DNA of 64,000 nt from positions 2,848,001 through 2,912,000 of the forward strand of contig OZ242320.1 in assembly GCA_965208125.1 (NCBI GenBank), written 5' to 3'. The notes beneath the pieces were generated by a model that was not told the DNA's origin, ran no database searches, and saw nothing but the letters and a program-made list of their open reading frames with translations. This DNA is from Candidatus Latescibacterota bacterium. GTDB lineage: Bacteria > Latescibacterota > UBA2968. How positions within the stretch are numbered: position 1 is the first letter of the stretch; each line of letters begins with the position of its first letter. The translations under genes were made by a program, and so were the position numbers. Below are positions 9,235 to 17,378 of this stretch, in pieces.

Positions 9235-10335
9235 TTATTGCGCCAGCCAGGTGCTGAATCGCTCGTTCATTTCGTCGATGTGAACGCTCCACCATTCCCA
9301 GGCATTTCGCAGGGCGCGCTTAGAATTTTGTGGGCTGTTGGGCATGTGGGGTTTCATATCGATGTCCTTTTCTGCGTGTTTCGATATCAGTGCCTCCGCA
9401 GAGTGGCGCGTGGGGCTGTAGGCAATGTGGCTACCGACACCGGCCATGGCCCTCGCTGTTGAGGCGAAATTGAGAAATTTCTTTGCGGCTTCGAGATTCG
9501 GCGTTCCCGCGACAATAGCAAGTCCAGATAGATCCAGTATTTGCCCGTCCCATACGATGACAAAAGGCTGATCTTCCAGCACTTGAGCATTGAAGATGCG
9601 TCCGTTGTAAGCCGTGGTCATGACCACCTCGCCATCGGCGAGCATCTGGGGTGGCTGTGCCCCGGCTTCCCACCATACGACGTGGTCTTTGATGGTGTCT
9701 AACTTGCGAAAGGCGCGGTCCACGCCTTCGGGCGTATCGAGGGTGGCATATACCTTGTTGAGCGGTACGCCGTCGGCGATTAGCGCGAATTCCAGGTTCT
9801 CCTGGGGTGAGCGGCGCAGGCCTCTGCGCCCGGGGAATTTTTCGAGGTCAAAGAAGTCAGCCATTGTGGTGGGTTTTTCGCCCGGGATATTCTCTTTGTT
9901 GTACGCGTATATGGTGGAGTAAAACAGTGTTGCCACGCCACAGTCTGTCGATGTCCCGAACAGAAAATCCTCTTCCGCAGGCGTTCCATCGGCTCCTGCT
10001 GGTAGCGAGTCGATCTCAACGTGTTCGAGCAGGCCCTCATCGCAGCCTTGCGCCCATGTCGGGAATCTCAAATCGACGACATCCCAATGCACATTGCCCG
10101 CTTGAACCTGTGCGCGAATCTGTGCCAGTCCGCCGTTGTATTCTTCGAGGTTGATTTTAATGCCTGTTTCAGCGGTGAATGCCTCGTGGTAGCCTTTGAC
10201 GCAGGCGCGCGCATAAGATCCGCCCCAGGAAACCACAGTCAGCGGTCGGTCTTCCGAAAAATCGCAGCCCAGAGTCAACATCGCCAGCGCGGCTATTATC
10301 GCGGTGCATAATGTCTTTCTCTGTTTGGTATTCAT
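9235..10335 (-). CDS. Polyamine ABC substrate-binding protein, copy 2
   Basis: Close paralog of 8091-9197; lipobox-like TLGC. Confidence 0.9.
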   Translation of the reverse strand: MNTKQRKTLCTAIIAALAMLTLGCDFSEDRPLTVVSWGGSYARACVKGYHEAFTAETGIKINLEEYNGGLAQIRAQVQAGNVHWDVVDLRFPTWAQGCDEGLLEHVEIDSLPAGADGTPAEEDFLFGTSTDCGVATLFYSTIYAYNKENIPGEKPTTMADFFDLEKFPGRRGLRRSPQENLEFALIADGVPLNKVYATLDTPEGVDRAFRKLDTIKDHVVWWEAGAQPPQMLADGEVVMTTAYNGRIFNAQVLEDQPFVIVWDGQILDLSGLAIVAGTPNLEAAKKFLNFASTARAMAGVGSHIAYSPTRHSAEALISKHAEKDIDMKPHMPNSPQNSKRALRNAWEWWSVHIDEMNERFSTWLAQ

Positions 10336-10338
10336 GTC

Positions 10339-11442
10339 TTAATCCTCCTCCTCGTCCGGGTCGAGCACCCGGCAGTCTGTTGGTGTCCAGCCGATGCGAA
10401 TTTTATCGCCTTTCAACACGGCTCCGTGTCCCACGATATTGGGTATTTTTGCGATGAATTCCAAGGACTCGCACACGTTCAGGCGAAAGCGCAGATGGTC
10501 GCCCAGAAAGGTGATGTCCTCGACTTTTGCTTCGAGTTCATTGGTGTACAGACCCGGTTCGGGTTCAATGGCGACGCGTTCCGGGCGAATCGACAGCGTG
10601 GTGGCGTCGCCGATCTGGCAAGGTGCAATGCGCAACGCATGGATGATTTGGCCGCCGGTTTCCACTTCGCAGATGTCCCCATTTACTTTTTTTACGCGGC
10701 CGTGCAGGCGGTTGTTTTCGCCGATGAAGCGGGCTACAAATGAACGCTCTGGCTCTTCGTAGAGGGCCTCGGGTTCGGCAATTTGCTGGATGTCTCCCCC
10801 GCGCAGGACAGCGATGCGGTTCGACATTACCATGGCCTCTTGCTGGTCGTGCGTGACGTAAACAATGGTTACGCCGAGGCTCTGGTGAATACGGCGGATC
10901 TCGTACTGCATCTCCTCGCGCAGGCGCCGGTCAAGTGCGCCGAGGGGTTCGTCCATCAGCACCAGATCGGGTTCAAATACCAGTGCGCGGGCGATTGCCA
11001 CGCGTTGCTGCTGACCGCCAGAGAGTTGGTTGGGCCGCCGGTCTTCCAGGCCGCTGAGACGAACCAGGTCCAGGGCACGTGCCACGCGTTCGCGACACTG
11101 CTCGCGGTCAAATCCGCGCACTTCAAGGGGAAAAGCGAGGTTGCCGCCCACTGTCATGTGTGGGAAGAGCGCGTAGTTCTGAAATACCATGCCAATGCCT
11201 CGTTTGCGCGGGGGTAGCGCGTGTACAGAACGTCCGTCAATCCGAATGTCGCCCGATGTGGGGGTTTCGAAGCCAGCGAGCATCATCAGGCAGGTCGTTT
11301 TTCCCGATCCGGATGGGCCGAGCAGGGTTAGAAATTCGCCCTTTCGGACGCTGACATTGACGTTTTGGACAATTAGCGTGCGTCCGTCGTAACTTTTGCA
11401 GACATTCTCAAATTCGACGTAGGCGTTATCTTTCGTGGGCAT
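10339..11442 (-). CDS. potA: Polyamine ABC transporter ATP-binding subunit
   Basis: GPSGSGKT, LSGGQQQR, MDEP, TOBE-like tail; start taken at ATG 11442. Confidence 0.9.
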   Translation of the reverse strand: MPTKDNAYVEFENVCKSYDGRTLIVQNVNVSVRKGEFLTLLGPSGSGKTTCLMMLAGFETPTSGDIRIDGRSVHALPPRKRGIGMVFQNYALFPHMTVGGNLAFPLEVRGFDREQCRERVARALDLVRLSGLEDRRPNQLSGGQQQRVAIARALVFEPDLVLMDEPLGALDRRLREEMQYEIRRIHQSLGVTIVYVTHDQQEAMVMSNRIAVLRGGDIQQIAEPEALYEEPERSFVARFIGENNRLHGRVKKVNGDICEVETGGQIIHALRIAPCQIGDATTLSIRPERVAIEPEPGLYTNELEAKVEDITFLGDHLRFRLNVCESLEFIAKIPNIVGHGAVLKGDKIRIGWTPTDCRVLDPDEEED

Positions 11443-11620
11443 TCGCGTGTCCTTATCCGAGGTCCAGAAAGTACAGATCGACAAGCTGGCAGATCAAGAT
11501 GTGAAGTAAATTCAATATTACTCAAATGTCAACGTCTTTCCTCTTTCGCCGTGTCGCGCTTCGCTATATATTTTAGAAGCTATTATCAACATTTATTATT
11601 TTTGGGAGGAGTCAGATTGT

Positions 11621-12379
11621 ATGCGGTACAAACGCGTTGTTCTCAAACTCAGTGGTGGCGCTGTTTCAGGTGCTTTGGAATCGGGATTTGACCCGGAGGC
11701 ACTCGAACATATTGCCGACGAAATTCTCGATATTCACAGCCGTGGTATTGAAATCGGTATTGTTATTGGCGGGGGCAATATTTTTAGGGGTGAACAGAGT
11801 GTGCGGTGGGGCATTGAACGCTCTGAAGCCGATAATATCGGCATGCTCGGCACTATTATCAACAGCTTGATGCTGCGCGGTGTGCTCAATGCCAAAAGCG
11901 ATGCTGAGGTGCGCGTGATGACCGCGATTCCCATTAATGCAGTCGCAGAACCCTTTATTCGGCTGGTTGCTGCTCGGCATCTCGATAAGGGATATATTGT
12001 CATTTTTGCCGGTGGTATTGGCAATCCCTTTCTCACCACTGATTATCCCGGGGTACAACGCGCTCTTGAGGTTCGCGCAGAAGCCATTTTGTTTGCCAAG
12101 CACAAAGCCAATGGCATTTACACAGACGATCCAAACAAAAATCCCGATGCCAAGCTCTATCGCCGCATCAATCACGATACAATTATTCAAAAGAATCTGG
12201 GTGCTCTGGATCAGTCCGCTGTAATTCTCGCACGCGACCATCATTTGCCGATTCACGTTTTCGATTTTGAACAAAAAGGCATGATGCGCCGCATTGTAGA
12301 GGGTGAGGATGTCGGCACACTGATTACCCAAACGCCAGAAGATGTGCTTGAGGAAGAAAACAGCTATGAAACCATGTGA
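11621..12379 (+). CDS. pyrH: UMP kinase
   Basis: LKLSG, GGGNIFRG, GNPFLTTD, DP; GGAGG RBS. Confidence 0.88.
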   Translation: MRYKRVVLKLSGGAVSGALESGFDPEALEHIADEILDIHSRGIEIGIVIGGGNIFRGEQSVRWGIERSEADNIGMLGTIINSLMLRGVLNAKSDAEVRVMTAIPINAVAEPFIRLVAARHLDKGYIVIFAGGIGNPFLTTDYPGVQRALEVRAEAILFAKHKANGIYTDDPNKNPDAKLYRRINHDTIIQKNLGALDQSAVILARDHHLPIHVFDFEQKGMMRRIVEGEDVGTLITQTPEDVLEEENSYETM

Positions 12380-12689
12380 AAAGAGTCTCAAACTCGCAAA
12401 AAAAGTCAAACAAATGTTGATCGAAAGTGGCATTTCCCCCATTAAAACAGTCATGTTTGGATCCAGGGCGCGTGGTGATGCAGGTCCACAATCAGATCTG
12501 GACCTTTTTGTTATAGTTGAGAAACGAACGCCAGAGATTCGAAAAAAAATCAGCAATTGTGCCTGGAAAGTCGGATTTGATGCCGAAGTTATTATCCAAA
12601 CGGTTGTTATGACAAACGATCAGTTAGATGGTCCGGAAGGGTCATCTTTACTCATTAGTGATGTCAATGCAGAAGGGGTGCCCGTTTGA
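12366..12689 (+). CDS. Minimal nucleotidyltransferase (MNT/MntA-type antitoxin)
   Basis: FGSRARGD...SDLDL motif, about 107 aa. Confidence 0.85.
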   Translation: MKPCEKSLKLAKKVKQMLIESGISPIKTVMFGSRARGDAGPQSDLDLFVIVEKRTPEIRKKISNCAWKVGFDAEVIIQTVVMTNDQLDGPEGSSLLISDVNAEGVPV

Positions 12690-12745
12690 ATCAGGACGAT
12701 TTAAAAACACTTATTCAATATCTCGATCCGGAGAATCCCACATGA
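12686..12745 (+). pseudogene. Putative N-terminal stub of a deleted HEPN toxin
   Basis: TTG overlapping the MNT stop gives MNQDDLKTLIQYLDPENPT*, resembling HEPN N-termini (LIxYRL). Confidence 0.45.
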
Positions 12746-14016
12746 AACTTCTCGTCGTCGGCAAGGGCGGGCGTGAACACGCCTTTGTCTGGAAACTCGC
12801 CCAGAGCAACAAGATCACCAGGTTATACGCAGCGCCCGGAAGCCCGGGTATGGCACAGTACGCCGAATGTGTTGATATATCGGATAGCGATCTCCAGGGT
12901 CTGGCAGATTTTGCACAACGAGAGGGCATTGACATTTCGGTCATCGGTCCTGAAGCCCCTCTTGCAGATGGTATTGTCGATGTTTTCGCGGAACGAGGTC
13001 TCGCGGTTTTTGGTCCGACACAGGCAGCGGCGCAAATTGAGGCGGACAAAGATTTTGCGCTTGAACTTATGCATAAATACGATATTCCAACCGGTGCTTA
13101 TGAAACTTTTGTGGATGCTGAAATAGCCAGGGAACGGCTCAGGGAGTGGCAACACCCGCTCTATCTCAAGGTGAGCGGTCTCGCCGCGGGCAAGGGGGCG
13201 ATTTATTGTGAGACGCTGCAAGATTCTTACAAAACTGTGAACGAGGTGATGGTGCAACGCGCTTTTGGTGCCTCGGGTGACAAGCTGGTTGCAATGGAGT
13301 TGCTCGAGGGAGAGGAGGCGTCGATATTTGGATTTTCAGATGGGGAAAATGTTGTTTGTGTTGTGCCTTCGCAGGACCACAAAACGATTGGCGAGGGCGA
13401 TGTGGGGCTCAATACGGGTGGTATGGGTGCGTATGCGCCTGCCCCAGTTATTACGCCAGGACTCTTCGACGATATTGTTCAGTGTATTATGAAACGCACG
13501 GTACACGCACTGGCCCGGGAAGGCTGTCCGTTCAAAGGCATTCTCTACGGTGGTATTATTGTTACGGCTGATGGTCCAAAGGTGATCGAATTTAACTGCC
13601 GCATGGGCGATCCGGAAACGCAGGTGGTTCTTCCATTGATCAAAACCGATCTCGTGGATATAATTGAGGCTGTGTGCAATGGTTCTGTGGCGGATCTCGA
13701 TATTAAACTGGATAATCGTGCAGCGACCTGTGTGGTCATGGCCTCGGGGGGCTATCCCGAAGCATACGATACCGGCTTTCCCATTTCCGGGATTGATCGC
13801 GCCGAGGCATCCGGTGATGTGATCGTTTTTCACGCTGGCACGGGACGCGAAGACAATCAACTCGTCACCAATGGGGGACGCGTTATCGGTGTTACCGCAA
13901 TCGGTGATACCATCAAATCATCTATTGATCGCGCTTACGAAGCCGTAGGCAAAATTGATTTTGACAAGGCCTATTTCCGAAGGGATATTGGGCATCGCGC
14001 TTTGACGAGTGCTTGA
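12742..14016 (+). CDS. purD: Phosphoribosylamine-glycine ligase
   Basis: GKGGREHA, GPEAPL, GLAAGKG, NTGGMGAY, EFNCRMGDPETQ; ATG at 12742 with GGAG RBS. Confidence 0.97.
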   Translation: MKLLVVGKGGREHAFVWKLAQSNKITRLYAAPGSPGMAQYAECVDISDSDLQGLADFAQREGIDISVIGPEAPLADGIVDVFAERGLAVFGPTQAAAQIEADKDFALELMHKYDIPTGAYETFVDAEIARERLREWQHPLYLKVSGLAAGKGAIYCETLQDSYKTVNEVMVQRAFGASGDKLVAMELLEGEEASIFGFSDGENVVCVVPSQDHKTIGEGDVGLNTGGMGAYAPAPVITPGLFDDIVQCIMKRTVHALAREGCPFKGILYGGIIVTADGPKVIEFNCRMGDPETQVVLPLIKTDLVDIIEAVCNGSVADLDIKLDNRAATCVVMASGGYPEAYDTGFPISGIDRAEASGDVIVFHAGTGREDNQLVTNGGRVIGVTAIGDTIKSSIDRAYEAVGKIDFDKAYFRRDIGHRALTSA

Positions 14017-14051
14017 GTGAGAGGGTTCCTCTTACAATGAGGAGGTAAAAA

Positions 14052-14315
14052 ATGGCACTTATAGAACATGGTAAGGTACAAGATGGGAGTATTTTGCTCT
14101 CCAAGCCTTTGCCCTTGCCCGAAGGGACAGAAGTGGTCATACATGTTGAACCGATTAACTCTGCTCGCGAAAGCACTACATTCGATGAGCACGAAAATTT
14201 TACCGCCTTACCTTTCTTTGGTATGTGGGCGGAACGCGAAGATATGAGTGATAGCGCATCATGGGTGCGAAAGAAAAGAAAAAAGTGGCGCCAACGAATC
14301 ATACCCCAGGATTAA
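14052..14315 (+). CDS. Antitoxin-like protein (AF2212/DUF104-like)
   Basis: LPLPEGTEVVI and FFGMWAEREDMSDSASWVRK, typical of PIN-toxin partners; strong GAGGAGG RBS. Confidence 0.65.
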   Translation: MALIEHGKVQDGSILLSKPLPLPEGTEVVIHVEPINSARESTTFDEHENFTALPFFGMWAEREDMSDSASWVRKKRKKWRQRIIPQD

Positions 14316-14420
14316 CAGTTATGCGACCATACTGAATATGAGTTTTAGTTGTCAACCAATTTGGCGGTTAAGCGTTATAACGCGTATATTTTGAATACCA
14401 GACATTTTTGGAGGCATACG

Positions 14421-15518
14421 ATGTCTTACAAAGCAGCGGTTATTGGGCTGGGGCGTATGGGCAGTACATTTGATGACGAAATCACGCAGGGCGGGTCCAT
14501 TTTCTTGCCCTATTGTCACGGTCCCACCTATTGCGCGCATCCGCAAACCGATCTTGTTGCCGGGGCTGATCCCCACGATGAGCAACGCGCTCTGTTTGGC
14601 GAGCGATGGGGGCTTGGTAGCGATCAGTTGTATGCCAATCATCGCGATTTGCTGGAAAAGGCAAAACCCGATATCGTCAGTGTGACTACTACAGCGCGTT
14701 ATCGTCCGCAGATTGTAATTGACGCTGTTGATGCTGGTGTCAAAGCCTTGTGGGTGGAAAAACCTATTGCCTTTAGCCTTGAAGAAGCCGATGCTATGGT
14801 CAATGCTTGTAGGGAAAATGGCGTTTCCATCGCCGTGTATTGCTCGCGTCGTTACAATCCCTATTTCAGTGAAGCCCGCCGCATGATTGAAGCTGGGGAT
14901 CTCGGTGATATTCTCCAGATTACAGCTTATGCCCAGTGCGGTTTGTCACACAATGGCAGTCACGCGATTGATACTATTCGCTATCTCGCAGGTGGCGATG
15001 TTTCCTGGGTTTTTGGAGAGATGGCGTCGGATGAGGAAGCCGCATCTGATGACGATCTGATGGGCAATGGGTATCTCGCTTTTGACAATGGCGTTCGGGC
15101 GTATCTCCGCGGGACATCGACAGGTGTTGCTTCGTGGGAATTTGATATTATTGGGACAAAGGGCAGGGTTCGCACGTTATCGGATGCGCTTGAGTTTGAG
15201 CTTTTTCAAAGAGTTTCAGGCGGCCTGGGGGACCGGGGTGTCCCCGCGCGGTCTCCTTTCCCGCAGCCAGCGCGTCCCGTGGGTCAGGGTATTACCACTG
15301 TGGATGATTTGATTGATGCTATGGAGAACAACCGCCCGCCGCGTTGCTCTGGAGCCGATGGCCGCGATGCTCTTGAGGTTGCGATTGCACTGCGGGAATC
15401 CCATCGCCGTGGCGGTGCCCGCATTGACCTGCCCATTGAAGACAGGTCGCTCAAAATTTTTTCCAGTGAGACACAAGCAGACCACACACCTGCGCGCGTG
15501 CGCCGGTTGAATCAGTGA
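14421..15518 (+). CDS. Gfo/Idh/MocA oxidoreductase
   Basis: GLGRMG, EKP, HxxD; GGAGG RBS. Confidence 0.9.
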   Translation: MSYKAAVIGLGRMGSTFDDEITQGGSIFLPYCHGPTYCAHPQTDLVAGADPHDEQRALFGERWGLGSDQLYANHRDLLEKAKPDIVSVTTTARYRPQIVIDAVDAGVKALWVEKPIAFSLEEADAMVNACRENGVSIAVYCSRRYNPYFSEARRMIEAGDLGDILQITAYAQCGLSHNGSHAIDTIRYLAGGDVSWVFGEMASDEEAASDDDLMGNGYLAFDNGVRAYLRGTSTGVASWEFDIIGTKGRVRTLSDALEFELFQRVSGGLGDRGVPARSPFPQPARPVGQGITTVDDLIDAMENNRPPRCSGADGRDALEVAIALRESHRRGGARIDLPIEDRSLKIFSSETQADHTPARVRRLNQ

Positions 15519-15524
15519 AAGAAG

Positions 15525-15588
15525 CGATCAGCTTTCAGCAGTCAGCAGAACAAGCTGTTAGCTGACCGCTGACCGCTAAAAGCTAACT
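15525..15588. repeat. Heptamer tandem / imperfect inverted repeat (TCAGC vs GCTGA units)
   Basis: gatcagc-tttcagc-agtcagc ... gctgacc-gctgacc-gctaaaa-gctaa. Confidence 0.6.
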
Positions 15589-15604
15589 ACCAAAGGAGAT
15601 TTTT

Positions 15605-16060
15605 ATGGCAGATCCAGTTGTTGGCATTATTATGGGCAGTTCTTCGGATGAACCCACGATGCAAAAGGGCTGTGCCATTCTCGACGAACTCCAGATTCCC
15701 TACGATATGATCGTATGTTCCGCCCATCGCAATCCCGAACGCACCGCTGAATACGCCAGTACGGCAAAGGCGCGTGGTCTCAAGGTGATTATTGCGGGTG
15801 CTGGGTTGGCCGCAGCACTGCCCGGTGTGATTGCCGCGCATACTACTTTGCCGGTTGTTGGCGTTCCATGCGCTTCGGGTGCGCTCAACGGCGTTGATGC
15901 GTTATACGCTATTGTTCAGATGCCACCGGGTGTTCCCGTTGCGACTGTGGGTATTGACAATGCGCGCAATGCCGCTGTGCTGGCAGCGCAAATTCTCGCG
16001 CTTTCAGATGAGGGCATACAAGAGCGCTTGCAAGCCTATAAAGACGCTCTGGGTGGATAA
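15605..16060 (+). CDS. purE: N5-CAIR mutase
   Basis: IIMGSSSD, SAHRNP, AGLAAALPG, VQMPPGVPVATV. Confidence 0.97.
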   Translation: MADPVVGIIMGSSSDEPTMQKGCAILDELQIPYDMIVCSAHRNPERTAEYASTAKARGLKVIIAGAGLAAALPGVIAAHTTLPVVGVPCASGALNGVDALYAIVQMPPGVPVATVGIDNARNAAVLAAQILALSDEGIQERLQAYKDALGG

Positions 16061-16087
16061 TACTATTGCGATTTAACGGAGGTCTTT

Positions 16088-16600
16088 TTGGAACGTCATA
16101 TATTTGTTTTTGTTGCTCTTCTTTTTGTAAGTTGCGACGCACCCAAAACAGATCGCGCGTCGAATACCGATCAGTATCTCATTCCCGCGACGGCAGAGGA
16201 GATTCTCAAAAATGTTAAAGAGGCCGATGCCAGGGTCGTTCTGGTCAATGTCTGGGCAACGTGGTGCCCCCCATGCGTTGAAGAGTTTCCCGATTTGATG
16301 GCTGTTTATCATCAGTACAAAGACCAGGGCTTAAAGCTCGTCTTTATTTCTGCTGATTCCGAAGGTCAGGCCGATGGCGCAATTGCCTTTCTCAAAGCGC
16401 AGGGTGTTGATTTTCCGAGCTATATCAAGTTGAGGAGCGATGGGGCGTTTATCAATACATTAGATCCCGACTGGTGGGGCGCAATACCCGCTACGTGGCT
16501 ATACGACAGCGCGGGCAATAAACGCCATTTTTGGCTCGGGAAGACCTCACGCGAACAATTTGAGCAGAAGATACGCGATGTATTGATGACGGGCGGTTAA
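16088..16600 (+). CDS. TlpA-like thiol-disulfide oxidoreductase, lipoprotein
   Basis: NVWATWCPPC; FVSC lipobox. Confidence 0.88.
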   Translation: MERHIFVFVALLFVSCDAPKTDRASNTDQYLIPATAEEILKNVKEADARVVLVNVWATWCPPCVEEFPDLMAVYHQYKDQGLKLVFISADSEGQADGAIAFLKAQGVDFPSYIKLRSDGAFINTLDPDWWGAIPATWLYDSAGNKRHFWLGKTSREQFEQKIRDVLMTGG

Positions 16601-16675
16601 GGGACACTTTGGGGCGTGTCTATCCAACATTCAGACAATAGGTACTCTCATATCACCAAATATCAGGAGGATTCT

Positions 16676-17287
16676 ATGCGTAAATTATTAGCCATTGCAC
16701 TTGTTGCAGCGATGGGTTTCAATGCCGAAGCAGCCAAGAACGAAACCCTCGCATTGGGCGCGAAAGCACCGGCAACTGATCTGGAGATGAAGGGCACCGA
16801 TGGTAAGATGTACACTCTGGAGAGCGTGCAGGGAGAGAAGGGTACTCTGGTTATTTTTTCGTGCAACTCCTGCCCGTGGGCGGTCAAATGGGAAAGCCGC
16901 GTAGCCAGCATTGGCAATGCGTATCGCGGCAAGGGGTTTGGTGTGGTTGTGATTAATCCCAATGATCCCAGGCGCGCTGCAGAGGATAGTTTTGACGAGA
17001 TGGTCATTCGTGCCAAAACCCTGTCTTACGAATTTCCCTATGTGGTTGATCCCGTATCCCAGGTCGCCCGCGCATTTGGCGCCAGCCGTACGCCAGAAAT
17101 TTTTCTTTTTAACGCCAAAGGCAAGCTGGCGTATCACGGCGCGATTGACGATAATGCTTCGGATGCCAATGCCGTGGAAGCAGCTTATCTCAAAGACGCG
17201 CTGGATGCATTGTTGGCCGGAAAAGACATATCAATATCCGAGACCAAAGCCCTCGGGTGTAGCATCAAGTTCAACGAAGACTCATAG
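16676..17287 (+). CDS. Secreted thioredoxin-fold (AhpC/TSA-like) protein
   Basis: Signal peptide, CNSCP, RTPE, GAIDD, GCSIK. Confidence 0.88.
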   Translation: MRKLLAIALVAAMGFNAEAAKNETLALGAKAPATDLEMKGTDGKMYTLESVQGEKGTLVIFSCNSCPWAVKWESRVASIGNAYRGKGFGVVVINPNDPRRAAEDSFDEMVIRAKTLSYEFPYVVDPVSQVARAFGASRTPEIFLFNAKGKLAYHGAIDDNASDANAVEAAYLKDALDALLAGKDISISETKALGCSIKFNEDS

Positions 17288-17309
17288 GACTGGTTGTATC
17301 AAAGTGCGG

Positions 17310-17338
17310 CAAAGCCTCTTCGTATGGAAGGGGCTTTG
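17310..17338 (+). terminator. Possible intrinsic terminator hairpin
   Basis: caaagcctcttc-gtatg-gaaggggctttg after the thioredoxin gene; weak U-tract. Confidence 0.45.
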
Positions 17339-17378
17339 GTGTTCATGATTGAAATACCCGTTGAAAGGAGTTCTTATT

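Noticed and set aside
11666-12556. 296-aa antisense ORF
   Set aside because: Shadow of pyrH and the MNT gene; no recognisable motifs
12628-12741. N-terminal extension of PurD in the ORF track
   Set aside because: Overlaps the MNT gene; ATG 12742 has an RBS and gives a canonical PurD start
15525-15588. Possible mini CRISPR array
   Set aside because: Units are 7 nt, with no spacers and no cas genes
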